Of a stretch of DNA of 64,000 nt, positions 12,346-24,900 are shown piece by piece. A program made the position numbers and the translations under genes. Below the pieces are notes generated by a model. The model had not been told where the DNA came from. It worked only from the letters and a program-made list of their open reading frames with translations, and did not search any database. This stretch comes from Podarcis bocagei. Its lineage: Eukaryota. Numbering within the stretch: position 1 is the stretch's first letter; the number at the start of each line of letters is the position of its first letter. Where the stretch lies: assembly GCA_964188305.1 (NCBI GenBank), contig OZ076889.1, one strand, 5' to 3'.

Positions 12346-14924
12346 CATTTTTTGCCAATGGTTAGTTCTGGAAACGTGGGAGGGGAAACTTCTCCCTTTG
12401 TAAGGAAACTGGCTATATGTATATATGCTGCATATACACTACAATAACAAAGAAACGCCAGCTATTACATCTGATCCTTGACTTAGAAGTTAGCACTTTT
12501 TCAGCAACTTGCCCTGATGCAGCTTCAGTAGGTACAGAAACCTGCCTTGAAGGACTATGGTTTGCAGTTGCAGCATTATTCCCAAACCCCAGGGAACTAT
12601 GATGCATTTCCAGGAATGAGGTTTTGGTTCCTAGCTGTTAGGGCCCAACACCAGCAGGCAAAGTGTTCTGCCAGACTTCAAGGAAAGTTGAAGTCCCACT
12701 TCCAGGGGTCAATTAATGGAACTTTAAAAAACAAAACAAAACAAAACAGACATTCACATTTTAAAGCCTAAAATGACTCAATCACTGCATGAGAAATGAC
12801 TGATCCCAAAAATTTTAATCATAGAGTGACAGTAGCAGCATTGAGATTCAAATCTCTATCCCGGCTATAAATCCTTTAACAGAATGCCTACAGAAAACTT
12901 TCCAGTACAGAATGTCTGTGTCTTCCCAGCCCAGAGAGTGTTTATGATGTTTATGTTTATCCTGTGTAAGAAATGAGACTTACTCCTTCCTGCCTGAACA
13001 ATACCATCCATAGCTGTTGGGGAAAGAGAGAGAGTGAGAGAGAGCCATCTCAACTAATTTTCGCTGGCAGGTCTCTTCCACTGATGCAGAGACTGTTGGA
13101 TCCATGATGTTGTTGATAACAAAGCCCTGGGTTGGGACACTGATCATGTTTTTAAGCTCAGGTGCTAGGTCATCCTCTGGGCATGATTATTTTCTGACAA
13201 AAGCCTCTTTTAACACATTCAGCCTGATTACACAAGGGCTAAATATGCCCCCAAGGTCCCCTGCATCTGTTCCCCACTCCTGACCTTCTCATATTGAATG
13301 GGTTGGTCTGAAGAAGGTTGCTAAGTATGTTCACTTAGAAGCCTCATCACTATCAGAAACCCTGATAACACAGTATCCCATTTTTCCTTTTGTCTTCAAA
13401 TCTTGTCTGCCTGGTTTCGAACAATGCATCAGTCATCTTTAGACCACTCTTATCCACACAAACAAAACTTCACCTTCCATCCTCACAGCCTTTTGTCATG
13501 GACATCAAAAGGCACCAACCTGGAGGAGTATCCTAATCCAAGAGCAGGAACCATCTGGTCAAGAGTTTTCTGTAATCCACTCTTGTAATGAAGGTCAAGG
13601 GGTTCAGCTGGACTCCCTCAGTGTCAATCTTCTCATCAGTTATGCTTCTGGAATATGTTTAGAAACCTTCCAGCACTGAAACAGCAGCCTCCCCTACCCC
13701 CTACCCCTTTGCATGGTGATAGCCTGAATACGTAAGGGGAAAACATAAGATTTGTTTTCTGGAGCCAATTCAAGACTCCTGTTACAGTCTCTGCACAGTC
13801 TCCGCAACTCTGTTGGTTCAGTACAGTAATCTAGTCTGGTAGCTCTCAGACATGCTTTTCCTACTGATGCAACTCTACTGGTGGAACAGTGGAGCAAATA
13901 TCCTTTGCATGGTTCTTGTTTTCTTGCTGCAACCCGAAGTTTTAATTTGAGTCCTGAGTCCATTCATAGCCAGAGAACTGCTGGGAGAGAAGCAGGAGAT
14001 AGTGTGCAAACAAGAAATTTCAATTCCCTAGTATATTTTAACTCCTTGAAAATTAACAAATAAAGACATTACAAGGTCCCTTGTTTGAGCTAAATATGTT
14101 TAGTTTTGGAGATATATAACCTTCAGGATTTTGCATCACCTTTCAAGCTTATTAATACTGCAGAGACAGCCTGACGAATTCTCTTGGATGTCGTGGGTAT
14201 GAGAAAGAAAATACCAGCCTTTTAAATTCATGTTATTAGCTTATTGGGCTATTTAATCTCTTCCTTAAAGTGTAAAATGTTTCTAGGGACATGGGAAGAA
14301 AGGGAATGGAAAAGCATTATTAAGGGAGTAGGTTAGTCTAATGCCTTTTATCTGCCACAGACAAGCCAGTACTGGAGATATTTATTGGTTCAGTACTTCG
14401 GCAACATGGTATTAATTGCCTCTGAGTGTTTTGATAGGTAGTTAGCACAAGGGTATTAATGAAAATAGCACCACTTCATTTTAAAATTAACTACTTGGCC
14501 ATTCAGCAACATGAGCTGATAAATTATGGCAATAAATTTGAAATGGAGATTTATGTAATCATAACTCAAATTCTGCTCAGTAGGCACACTAAGATGAGGC
14601 TGCATGATAACTTCAGTGCAATCTTCCTTCTCACTTACTTAGAACAAAAGCCATATTTTTAAGGATTCCTTCACACTAGGCTTCTCCCTAAGCACTCGCC
14701 CGTCTCTTCCCAGCTCCCCTTTGCTTTTGCCAATTGCTACCCCCAAGACAAACTTGGCTGCAATTATGCTTTGGCGTAATTGCAAATATGGACCCTATAG
14801 TCCATATTCTCTATTTTGCATTTTGTCATATATTTTTAGGAAGCGTTGAATCTTGTTAATTTAGGTCTCTGTCCTTTTCTAACTTTTCCAGTCTAAAGTT
14901 ATTCACATTCCCCCACCCCAGTTT

Positions 14925-14925
<1 letters not shown>

Positions 14926-14981
<56 letters not shown>
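14926..14981. repeat. (AAT)n microsatellite
   Basis: Seen directly. Confidence 0.97.
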
Positions 14982-16306
14982 TCATGTAAATTTCTCATAC
15001 TTGTCAGCAATTTTTCCCACTGTGCACATTTGCTGCAGAGCACTTATCTCCAACAGAATGTCTTGATGCTAACTATTCTTCTAACTCTAACCCCAACTCC
15101 GATAAGGACCAAAGCGGCCAGCTAGAGAAGGGGACAGGAATCCTGCACCTTCAACAGTTGTGTAGAAGTGGGGCTTTCAGCAGGCTTAACTCCACACAGG
15201 CATAAAGTCAAAGCAGCTGTTTACTCACAACTTAGACAGGTACTAACTATACATGTCATCGTACTCCTGTGAAAAAAGATGGGAGGGGGTGAGCGTTAAA
15301 TATAGAACACCCTAAAGTTAGGGCCTAAACCTTCAAAGTAGGGATATTTGTTTCATTGCACAGAAGTCACGCTAGCCAAGCCTTTAAAGGCCTTCATGAA
15401 TAAGTTCCCTTAAACAGCCTTTTTTTCTGACCAGTGATTCATCTCCGGAAAGAAATGAATGACAGCTAACAGCCTTAGGCAGCAACAAAATTGAAAAAGT
15501 GGCCCTATAAATGTATTTCTTATTATAGCACCTGCCCACATATTGCATTATTGTGACCTATTGGAAAGAAAGGTACTCTTTCAGTGACCCTGTTACGTGG
15601 GACTTAATCCACCTAATGTTTTCCCGCTTGTTGCAGAAATGCAAGTCAAGCTGACATGCTAGCTAACAGACAAGGTGCAGGACTTTTTGCAGGGATGCAT
15701 TCTTACCGCACGTTACAGTAAACTAGTGTGAGCTATGAACTGCCAGATAATGAATAGTGGCCGTATTTGCAAAAAGTCCTTGTGGATTCGTCCCTGCTCC
15801 TCCAACAAACTAGTATTTCTAGAGGACAGATGAAATTTAAGACAGAAGTAGCCAATGTGCTCTCTCCAAATGTCATGCATGGAAGGGCGGGGGGAAGAGA
15901 AAGAAGCTGATGATAATTCTAAACACACTTACTGGGGGAAAAGTCCCATTGAAACAGAATAAACATGCATCAGGTTGTCCTGACAGTGACAGGTACTAGT
16001 CACTGCTACTTTAGGAAACTCAGGAAACTCATAATGTAAGTAAGCAGCATTATGTTCAAATTGGTTACATTTATACGTGCTTGGCTTTCTCTTCTTGGTT
16101 AGATAAACCTTATTCTGTAAATATTTGAATTGGAATGAAGTTGCATCTGGGGACTAAGTTAACTTTGGGGGCACTATACAATATGTATCCCTTGGTTTCT
16201 CTTATTTCATAATTTATGGAACATCTCATGTACAAACCTAGGCAGGTTCTATAATTTCCATGTGACAAGAAGTGAGATTACATGTAAACATAATACTAAT
16301 AATAAC

Positions 16307-16552
16307 AAAAAAATTCCTTCCAGTAGCACCTTAAAGACCAACTAAGTTAGTTCTTGGTATAAGCTTTCGTGTTCATGCACACTTCTTCAGATACACACAC
16401 TTCTTCAGATATACACACAGTGTGTATCTGAAGAAGTGTTTATGCACACGAAAGCTTATACCAAGAACTAACTTAGTTGGTCTTTAAGGTGCTACTGGAA
16501 GGATTTTTTTTATTTTGACTATGGCAGACCAACACGGCTACATATCTGTAAC
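16307..16552. mobile_element. Penelope-like element terminal repeats in inverted orientation (about 190-bp palindrome, 16315-16503)
   Basis: TCCTTCCAGTAGCACCTTAAAGACCAACTAAGTTAGTTCTTGGTATAAGCTTTCGTG ... CACGAAAGCTTATACCAAGAACTAACTTAGTTGGTCTTTAAGGTGCTACTGGAAGGA. The GTC..TAAGGTGC.AC motif is characteristic of reptile Penelope termini as I recall them. Confidence 0.75.
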
Positions 16553-16566
16553 TAATAATAATAATA

Positions 16567-16946
16567 GGGACGCAGGTGGCGCTATGGTGTAAACCACTGA
16601 GTCTCTTAGGCTTGCTGATTGGAAGGTTGGCGGTTCGAATCCCCGTGACAGAGTGAGCTCCTGTTGCTCTGTCCCAGCTCCTGCCAACCTAGCAGTTAGA
16701 AAGCATGCCAGTGCAAGTAGATAAATAGGTACCGCTGCCGCGGGATGGTAAACGGCGTTTCCGTGCGCTCTGTCACTCGTCACGGTCCTCTGTGCACCAA
16801 TAGCAGTTTAGTCATGCTGGCCACATGACCTGGAAAGCTGTCTGTGGACAAACGTCGGCTCCCTTGGCTTGAAAGCGAGATGAGCACCACAACTCCATAG
16901 TCACCTTTGACTGGACTTAACCATCCAGGAGTCCTTTACCTTTTAC
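16567..16946 (+). mobile_element. Full-length Sauria (Squam1) SINE
   Basis: tRNA-like head GGGACGCAGGTGGCGCT...GGTTCGAATCCCC, core GTGCAAGTAGATAAATAGGTACCGC, RTE/BovB-like tail ending GTCCTTTACCTTTTAC. Confidence 0.92.
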
Positions 16947-17109
16947 ATTTGACTACTACTACTCATTTATTCTTGCAAGAGGCCAGAGTGGCTTACAACA
17001 ATAAAAAGATCCAACGCTAAAAACAAAAGTAACACCTCACTACGTAATAAAATACAATTAAAATGCACAATGATAGACGACAATGTGAATGTGACTGCAT
17101 GCACTATGT

Positions 17110-17113
<4 letters not shown>

Positions 17114-17164
<51 letters not shown>
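17114..17164. repeat. (AAT)n microsatellite adjoining an L2-like 3' tail (about 17165-17335, minus)
   Basis: Seen directly; followed by TTTATTTATACCCCGCCCATCTGGCTG...ACTCTGGGCAGCT. Confidence 0.9.
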
Positions 17165-17377
17165 TTATTTATACCCCGCCCATCTGGCTGAGATTCCTCA
17201 GTCACTCTGGGCAGCTCCCAATCGAAGGCCTGCAAAAGCAGTTATGCTTCCAGATGTCACCTAAATGTGAACAAAGTGGTGATAAATAGATCTCTACAGG
17301 AAAGAAATCCATTGTTGGTGTCCCGCCACAGAGAAGGTGATAGCTCCATGATAGCTTCATGTGATAGCTCCAAGAAC

Positions 17378-18190
17378 TGTACTCACCAGGGATGATTTGC
17401 ATGGCGAGTTCCCGCCCCCCCAAGTGGAAATAAAGAGACATGACACAATTATTAAGGTTAATGGGCTAAATAAGGCCACAACTTTATTGGTTACAGGTGA
17501 TGAGTGGTATTGGCTTAGGCATTGGTCCTAACCGACTATATCCGACTTCAGCCTATCCGCTTGAAGTGCGGGAAGGGTTAACCACCAGTAGGAGGAGTCC
17601 TGCTGATGCACATCAACTAGGAACTCCCCCGGGGTCACCACTCGGGGGCGTGCCTTAGGCCCTCACCTCCATAGGTTTCGGACAGGGCCACGCCCCCCGG
17701 AATCCTTTATTGGACTACCCTTCAATATGCAGGGCAGGTGATGGTGCTTCCTCCCCTCTTCCAACTATAGAACAATACCAATGCCTAACTGCCAATACCA
17801 GGAAAGTTGTGACGATTTGCTACGAGGTAGGCAAAAACCAACTAGCTGGTGCCAATTTACCAAGTGGAAAAATTCCTACCAGGCCCCTCAATGGCAACCA
17901 ACCAAGGTCCATAGCAGGGTCAAGGAACGAAAACCTTATAGGGCGGGAGGGTGGGAAAAGCAGGAGGGGAAAGAGGGAAATCCCCGGCCGCATCCTTCCT
18001 TAAGTAGGGCAGGCCACGCCCCCAGAGCCAGCCGGTTGGCTGGCTGGGGGGTGACGCGGCCGGGAATCCCCCCAATCATGCAGGGCTGGGCTCCAGCCGC
18101 CCCGCGCGTGGTGGGGTCGTGAAGCCCGCAACTCCACCTCCTTCAAGGGCGGAAGTGGCTCTCTGTAGACTTTGGAGAGACTCCATAAAT
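17378..18190 (-). mobile_element. GC-rich, CpG-retaining insertion; probable DIRS/Ngaro-type retroelement terminal region or a solo LTR
   Basis: Abrupt GC/CpG rise. Minus-strand AATAAAGTTGTGGCC (17474-17488) resembles vertebrate DIRS-like termini as I recall them. No recognisable coding domain. Confidence 0.45.
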
Positions 18191-18438
18191 TTTACCTAAT
18201 TTGTTAGTCTCTTTTCTGTACCCCAGTCTCACCTGATGACTCCTCAGCTGGTGGATGCTTACAATGCAGAGCATTGACCTGTACATATTGTGTTAAAATG
18301 AAATGCACTTAAAAAAACTTTTATTTTATTAATTTGGATTTACATATTTTATTATGTCATTCCTAATAAGTTCACAAATCCATGTGATTTGTGTTTCGAA
18401 ATTATCGTTTTGAATAGAGTGCGTGTATTCTTTTGAAA

Positions 18439-18988
18439 TCCCCGTGGTGGGGTGAGCTCCCGTCTTTCGGTCACAGCTCCTGCCCACCTAGCAGTTCGAA
18501 AGCACCCTTAAGTGCAAGTACAGTGGTGCCTCGCAAGACGAAATTAATTCGTTCTGCGAGTTTTTTCGTCTTGCAAATTTTTCGTCTTGCGAAGCACAGT
18601 CAAGTCGCAACTGCACCTCTTCAAGCGGTTTTAAGAAAAAGGAAACAAACTTGCAATACGTTTTCATCTTGCGAAGCAAGCCCATAGGGAAATTCGTCTT
18701 GCGAAGCAACTCAAAAAACGAAAAACTCTTTCGTCTTGCGAGTTTTTCGTCTTGCGAGGCATTCGTCTTGCGAGGTACCACTGTAGATAAATAGGTACCG
18801 CTTTATAGTGGGAAGGTAAACGGCGTTTCCGTGTGCTGCACTGGTGCTGGCTCGCCAGAGCAGCTTCGTCACGCTGGCCACGTGACCCGGAAGTGTCTGC
18901 GGACAGCGCTGGCACCCGGCCTCTTAAGTGAGATGGGCGCACAACCCTAGAGTCGGACACGACTGGCCCGTACGGGCAGGGGGTACCT
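18439..18988 (+). mobile_element. 5'-truncated Sauria SINE with 13-bp TSD, interrupted by a MITE
   Basis: TSD TATTCTTTTGAAA at 18426-18438 and 18989-19001. SINE core GTGCAAGTA|GATAAATAGGTACCGC is split by the insert. Tail GGGCAGGGGGTACCTT. Confidence 0.9.
18521..18783. mobile_element. Tc1/mariner (Tigger/pogo-like) non-autonomous MITE, 263 bp
   Basis: TIRs CAGTGGTGCCTCGCAAGACGAA and TTCGTCTTGCGAGGTACCACTG; TA duplication at 18519-18520 and 18784-18785; internal TTCGTCTTGCGA repeats. Confidence 0.92.
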
Positions 18989-21900
18989 TATTCTTTTGAA
19001 AAGGCAATAACAATTTATGTACACACAAACACACACACACACTAAGGTTGGAAAAACAAAAACACAAACAATAGGGTTGGTCATTCCTTTAGATACTTGA
19101 GTACTAAACTGTTCAGAGTTTTGTATGCTAGTACCATCACCTTAAACATCACCTTAAACTGGAGCTGTGCTTTCAGGTTCAGTGTATCATGAACCTACCT
19201 TACTGTTGCAGATAGCAAGCAGGTAGTGGCATTCTGCACTGGCTGCAGCTTCTGGAGCATCTTCACAGACAATCCCACATAGAGCACATTGCAGTACTCC
19301 AGCCAGGAAGCCGTCAGAGAATGGGTTACTGTAGCTAGGTTATCTTGGTCCAAAATTGGCTATATGTGTCAAATGAACTGGAGCTGGGCATAGGCCTTCT
19401 GTGTCACTGAGTCAACTTGGGCCTCCTGTTACAGTTTGAATACCCTCCCTGTTGCCCCACCCAATTTGGTGAGCAAAAAGTTCTAGCAAAATAAAGACCG
19501 CTACCTGTCTGGCGGGGATTTCTTCTTGCCAAGAATAGTTCCCTTGGCTTTGTTCAGCAGTGCGAAGATGTAAAAAGCCAGAGAATATCAGGAGCATCTG
19601 GGCTTTTGTACTACAGCAAATTGCTGTTGCAATTATCTGGAAATCTGGTTTTTAGGTTTTGAAACTGTTTGAAACTGTTTCAACTGTAATTGGAGAAATC
19701 CTAAATTACAAATGGACAAATAATCACAGGAATCGTCTTCATCCACTTTCCAAAACAACAGAGCTCTGAAGAAAATATCAAATAAGTAGAAGCCCCTGAC
19801 AACAGTCAAGCCAATTTGGTACTCTCTTAACTTTTCACACTTTACAAAGTCAAATAATCAAAAGGTGAAAGCAGAAGGTAAACTGGGAGGGAGAATCAAT
19901 CACAGTTCACCATTATTTATTTTCTTTGTGTGTATATTTAATTAAAATGGTTAAATTCCAATAGTAATATTCTTAATGCATAATTAAACCAAGAAGGGAA
20001 GCTTCCCAAGGCCAGTAGCCAGGGACCTCTCTCCCATGTACTCCTTTTTCTCACAGGAGAAAAAAGGGGGCTTGAATAACAATGAGAGATGTGATCTTGC
20101 TGAGTGGCACAAAGAGCTACAGAACTCAGTGTAAATAATTCACCATTTCATTCAATATTGTGTTCGATTTCATCTGCCCAGCTGCCAATCTGGTTTTGAT
20201 AAACTCTAGGTATCCTTAGCCTTAAGTGTGCTTACTGTACATTAAAAGAGATTGGTTTGGGGTAGATTTGCATGTCAGCTATACGGGGGGAAATGATATG
20301 AAGTATTTTCAATAGGCAGCCTTGATTTGTGTGATCCTCACCCCCCCACACACCCCAGATGCTAAATATGGTGTTCTGGGAAGGGGGGGATTTCTCTTTC
20401 AAAAAATGGCATATTTTGGTTACTGAATGAAGTATACGAGAGTTTTATGTGAAAGTCAGCTAAATATTGTATTTATTTATAAACATGACAAATTTAATAG
20501 GGTAGGACCTGTATTTGAATTATTGATTGTGAAATATGTAAGCACAGAGTAACCATCCATCAGTATATGCAGGAGGGCTGAGGACAGATTTATGATGTTT
20601 GAGTTTTTCTGCTTTAGCTGGCGCTTGGTGTTTCTATTAATTATAGCTCCATGCATTAGTTTCTGCAGAACTTGTTACAAATGCTTATAAAAGATGTCTC
20701 TATCATAGCATTTAAATATTGTTTGTGCAACTGAAACATGTTTTCTATGGAGGATTAATACACTGCTTGATTTAGGGAGCAAATTAAACTTGGTGGTGTA
20801 ATTTACAATGGACAAAAGCTTTCTCTGCAAGGTGTCAATGTTCATTTGGATGTGAGTAATACCATCCTGATGCCAGTGATCAGTATCATCATTGCTACAT
20901 ACTTGGCACTGGAAAAAAATTGAACCAAGGAAAACTGATTCTCAGTTCTGCAGCCCAAGTCATTTATGGCAATTTACATATGCAATGGTTCTGTTCCCGT
21001 TTAATTATGAAGATGGGTAAATAGGTATGCAGGACAGTAAAAGGATGACCCTTGGAAAGGTTTCCCTCTGGTTTCTGAGAGATCCATAGGGTTACAAGCC
21101 TATTTTCACAGCTTTTTGGACTATAAACTTGCTATTTAAAAGGATGAAGCAGAGGCTATGAAGATACTAAGTTCTGCAACTAGTACACAATTCTGCACAA
21201 AGGATTGCAAGATAATGGAATCCACACACCCTGGCTATGATATGATTTATTTACTTATTGAAAGGTTTATAATCCACACTTGCATAAAAGCATATCAAGG
21301 CAGCATGCAGCTTACAAAATATAACAAAATAAAAGCATCCATGAAAACTTGATTTAAAATGCCAGTAAATACTGTTTGGTTAATAGAGAAATTAATATTG
21401 CAAAGGCCTGTCTAAACAATGCAGTTTTCAGTGGCCAACCTGGCCAGCTGCTGCTGACAGTCCTGATGAAACAATTTTGGAGGGAAGTTCAAATCTGAAT
21501 TAGTTTGGGCCTGGGGAGGTGTTCAGAGTGTGCCCATTCAATGTTAGGACATGTACCTACTAAATGGTGGTTGTCTGAAGAGCAGAAGGGATGTTTTTGT
21601 AGAGCCATGCTAACAGCAAAAAGAATAGTCCTTCAGTATTGGAAATCGCAAAGCACTTCAGGTATTGAGGGTTGACTGCATGACTTTTTTGCCATTGGTA
21701 GCTCATGAGAAGATCCTGTTCAGCAAAAGCGTAAGGTTCCATGTCATCTGGAATATAGTAGTGCCTAGAGTCTGAAGGTAGTGGCATCTTCTTTTTTTAT
21801 TTTCCCATTTGCTTGAATAGTTATTTACTTATTCACCTGGTTATTCCAGCAGCAACAGTGTCACTGCCCATGTATAAAGTATTAACACATGGTTATTACA

Positions 21901-24900
21901 AAGCAATTGCAAGCAGCCTCCGTATACTTGGGACATATATTACATCAGTGGCAGCACAGGAGGGATGAGAAGGGAGCATGGGGAGCTTGTCATTACAGCA
22001 GCTTGGAACTAAGAACTTGAAGCTGAGTTTGCTTTCTTCAACCTCCCTCCCAGTCCATTTTTCTTTTCTGTCATGTATTGTTATATTGAAAGCCTGTGGA
22101 AGGGACTGCTTTTTTTTTTTTAAAAAAAGTGATTTGAAGGCCACTATAGGATTCTATAGGGAAAACTACTCTACTTTTTCACGGTATCAGAAAGCTTCAA
22201 TGAAATATCTTAATTGCTCATCAAGTATCTATTAAAGTTCACTAACTCACGGAGACTGCAGGATACTTCCTAAAGTGTCCTGCTTTTTGGTGCCTTTTAA
22301 ATTGGTTCAGAAGAATCAACAAGAGGGCAAGTGGTGACTGTTAAATGACTTTTGCCTATGTCTTATTGTTCCTGCAAATGAAAATATAGCTGACACTTAA
22401 AGTTCTGTGAATGACATCTGAGTAGAAGCTTCAATGGAAATAAATAATGACACATATATACCCCATTTTGACCACCCTAGTGGATGGAAATTAATCCAGC
22501 ACATTAAGAGACAATGGATAGTTTACTTTTGTTATAGTGTATGCATTATGGGTGCCTCTGGTGGGTACCAGAAAATTGGAAACAATTTGTAATGGGGAAA
22601 TCAGTCGCTAGAAGCATAGGAAAGCACATGTTTCATCTGAGCAAAAAGTGGTTAGATGCCATTTCTCATTGTTGTGGTCTTGATTACATCTTGCTTCTGT
22701 AAACTACACAAGAGATAACAATGTTATATGTGCTAGTTATCCATTACTTTGCTCAGCCAATGCAGTTGTTGAAGGACTGGTGTTATATGTGTTCCAAACC
22801 AGCTGACCTTGTTGGCAGCGACATTCTGCTCTAATTATAGTTTCTGGACACCCTTCAAAGGCAGGCCTGCATAGAATACATTGCAGACATCTAATCTGGG
22901 GCATTAATTACAATGGCCAGGTCGTTCTTCTTAAGGAATGGGAGCAGCTGGCAAACTAGCCTACGCTTGGGGAAAGTGTTCTTGGCTAGAGCCATGACCT
23001 AAACATCGAGATGAATCGAAGAGAATAACTGTGATCCTGAGTTTTGAGAGAGAGTGCAATCCCACCCAATACAAGATGCATCCCTATTCCCAAATCAGCT
23101 ATCCTCTCCATCAAGAGAGAAGGATCAAGGGAGGAAAGGATTATCTTTCCGTTTGTCCGAATCCATCAGTGACCCCAGTTACAAGTTCAGGAATTCAATT
23201 AGTTCCTTGGAATTTTATTGAAAGAGGGATCAGTATTCATGGCAACAGACCTTATGAAAGGTCAGCATTTGGTAGATTGCTCCTTTCCTTTTCAGCACCA
23301 GTTGTGAAGACCAGTTTACTAGATAGGGTGCTAAGTGAGACAGATCACTCTGGATCTCACAGTTGATCTCGCACGTAGCCATAGAGGAGTATTCACTCAG
23401 CCATGGCTCAGCACTTCGTAACCACAATGGATTTCAAAAAGTAAAGCATATGCATAACATTCTCTTGCTGGACTGAAATGAAACTTAAAAGAGCTTAACT
23501 TTGATGCATCTTTAGCTTCTCCTCTCCTCCCAAACAACAAAAAAACTATTGTGAGCAAAGTGGTACGTTAACCTTTTGCCTGCTGATTTATCACTAGGAA
23601 CTTGGTAAAATATGGGTGTATTTTTGATCACATATTTTGAGTCCCGTATTCTGTTGCATCGTGCATATTTCCAAGCGCATGCAAAGCAGGTGTATGTGCC
23701 ACAAAGGCGGTAAAGTATAATGAAAAAGTGGAGGCCTGGAAGAATGCATAAATAACGCACATTCAGCAGTAATAATTGAAATGGGGTGGACGAGTTATAG
23801 CAGCCCTGGGACATCAGTAAGTTACATGCCCTTGACTTTTTCAGGTTGTAGTTGGGATTGTTATCCCATGATTCATTGATCATGAATAATAGCCAAGCCA
23901 CCTCAACTTCTCTGTCATATTCTTCTCTTACTCTGACAGGCTTCCACGTCTCATGAGGGATCCTGCAATCTCTGTTTCCTGTCCTTGCCCTCAACTTCAT
24001 GAGGGTTTTGCAAGCTGGTTTAATTCTGTCTTGTTTTCTAATATCCTGTGGGATGAGGTTTCTTCCTTCTTGCAAAATGCAACTATGTTTTCCTTCCGAT
24101 TACATCATCACCCACTGCCATTCTGAAACTCCGAACTCTGTTTTCTGTCTCTGCTAACTGTCTCTTAGTTCAGGATGGGGCTCCAGCCATTTGCTGGCTG
24201 GCATGTTATTTGCCTGTTAATGTTCTAGTTTAATGCCTCACCTCCCAGGCCATTACCAGGCTTTGTTTCCCTGAGGAACCACACTCAGTGAGCTATCACC
24301 AGGCAGGCCTGGCTTGTATTTTTAACATAGGCTGAATCCAGGGATTGAGTGTTCGGCACAGTTTAACTCCCCAAACCTTGATTAATTCTAACTTTTATTG
24401 GGCCCATAAACTGAGGGTGTCTTATACCCCACAAACCCATAACAGTATGGAGACTATGTCCTTATCCCAGATACATATATTGGAGTTTCCACCTCCTCCT
24501 GCAACATGGGATTTTATTGACCATGAGCATACGTAATCTGTCTTCAACCTTATAATTCCTATTGCATTTCTAGATTTTCTAGATTTATTTAAATATTGTA
24601 GCACTTGCTTGCCAGTGTGAGTTCTTAGAGGCATGCACAAGGCCTGGGAACATAGATAACTGGTGTGCAACTGCTGCAGGCCTAGAGACGGTGCATGGAC
24701 TAAGAACCTTGTTAGGCAAAGCTTCCATATGTGTAATGTGGACATTCCTTTGGTGGCTGCCATTTTGTTTCAGTTGACCCAAATCAGTCAGGCCCAAACA
24801 TTTTTGTACTTATGATAACTATAGGTTTTGAGTGCTTGGTGTAATTTCCTTTCTTACCTACTAACGCGTTTATTATTTCTGTCCCTAACTGATCAGGGAA

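Noticed and set aside
13560-13600. Minus-strand 'RVDYRKL' resembling a Gypsy RT motif
   Set aside because: Isolated. Flanking RT motifs are absent and the frame has stops.
18540-18783. Repeated TTCGTCTTGCGA units that superficially resemble a CRISPR or iteron array
   Set aside because: Irregular spacing, enclosed by TIRs and a TA TSD, eukaryotic context, no cas genes. It is a MITE.
23512-24075. 187-aa minus-strand ORF
   Set aside because: No recognisable homology, TTG start, no exon context.
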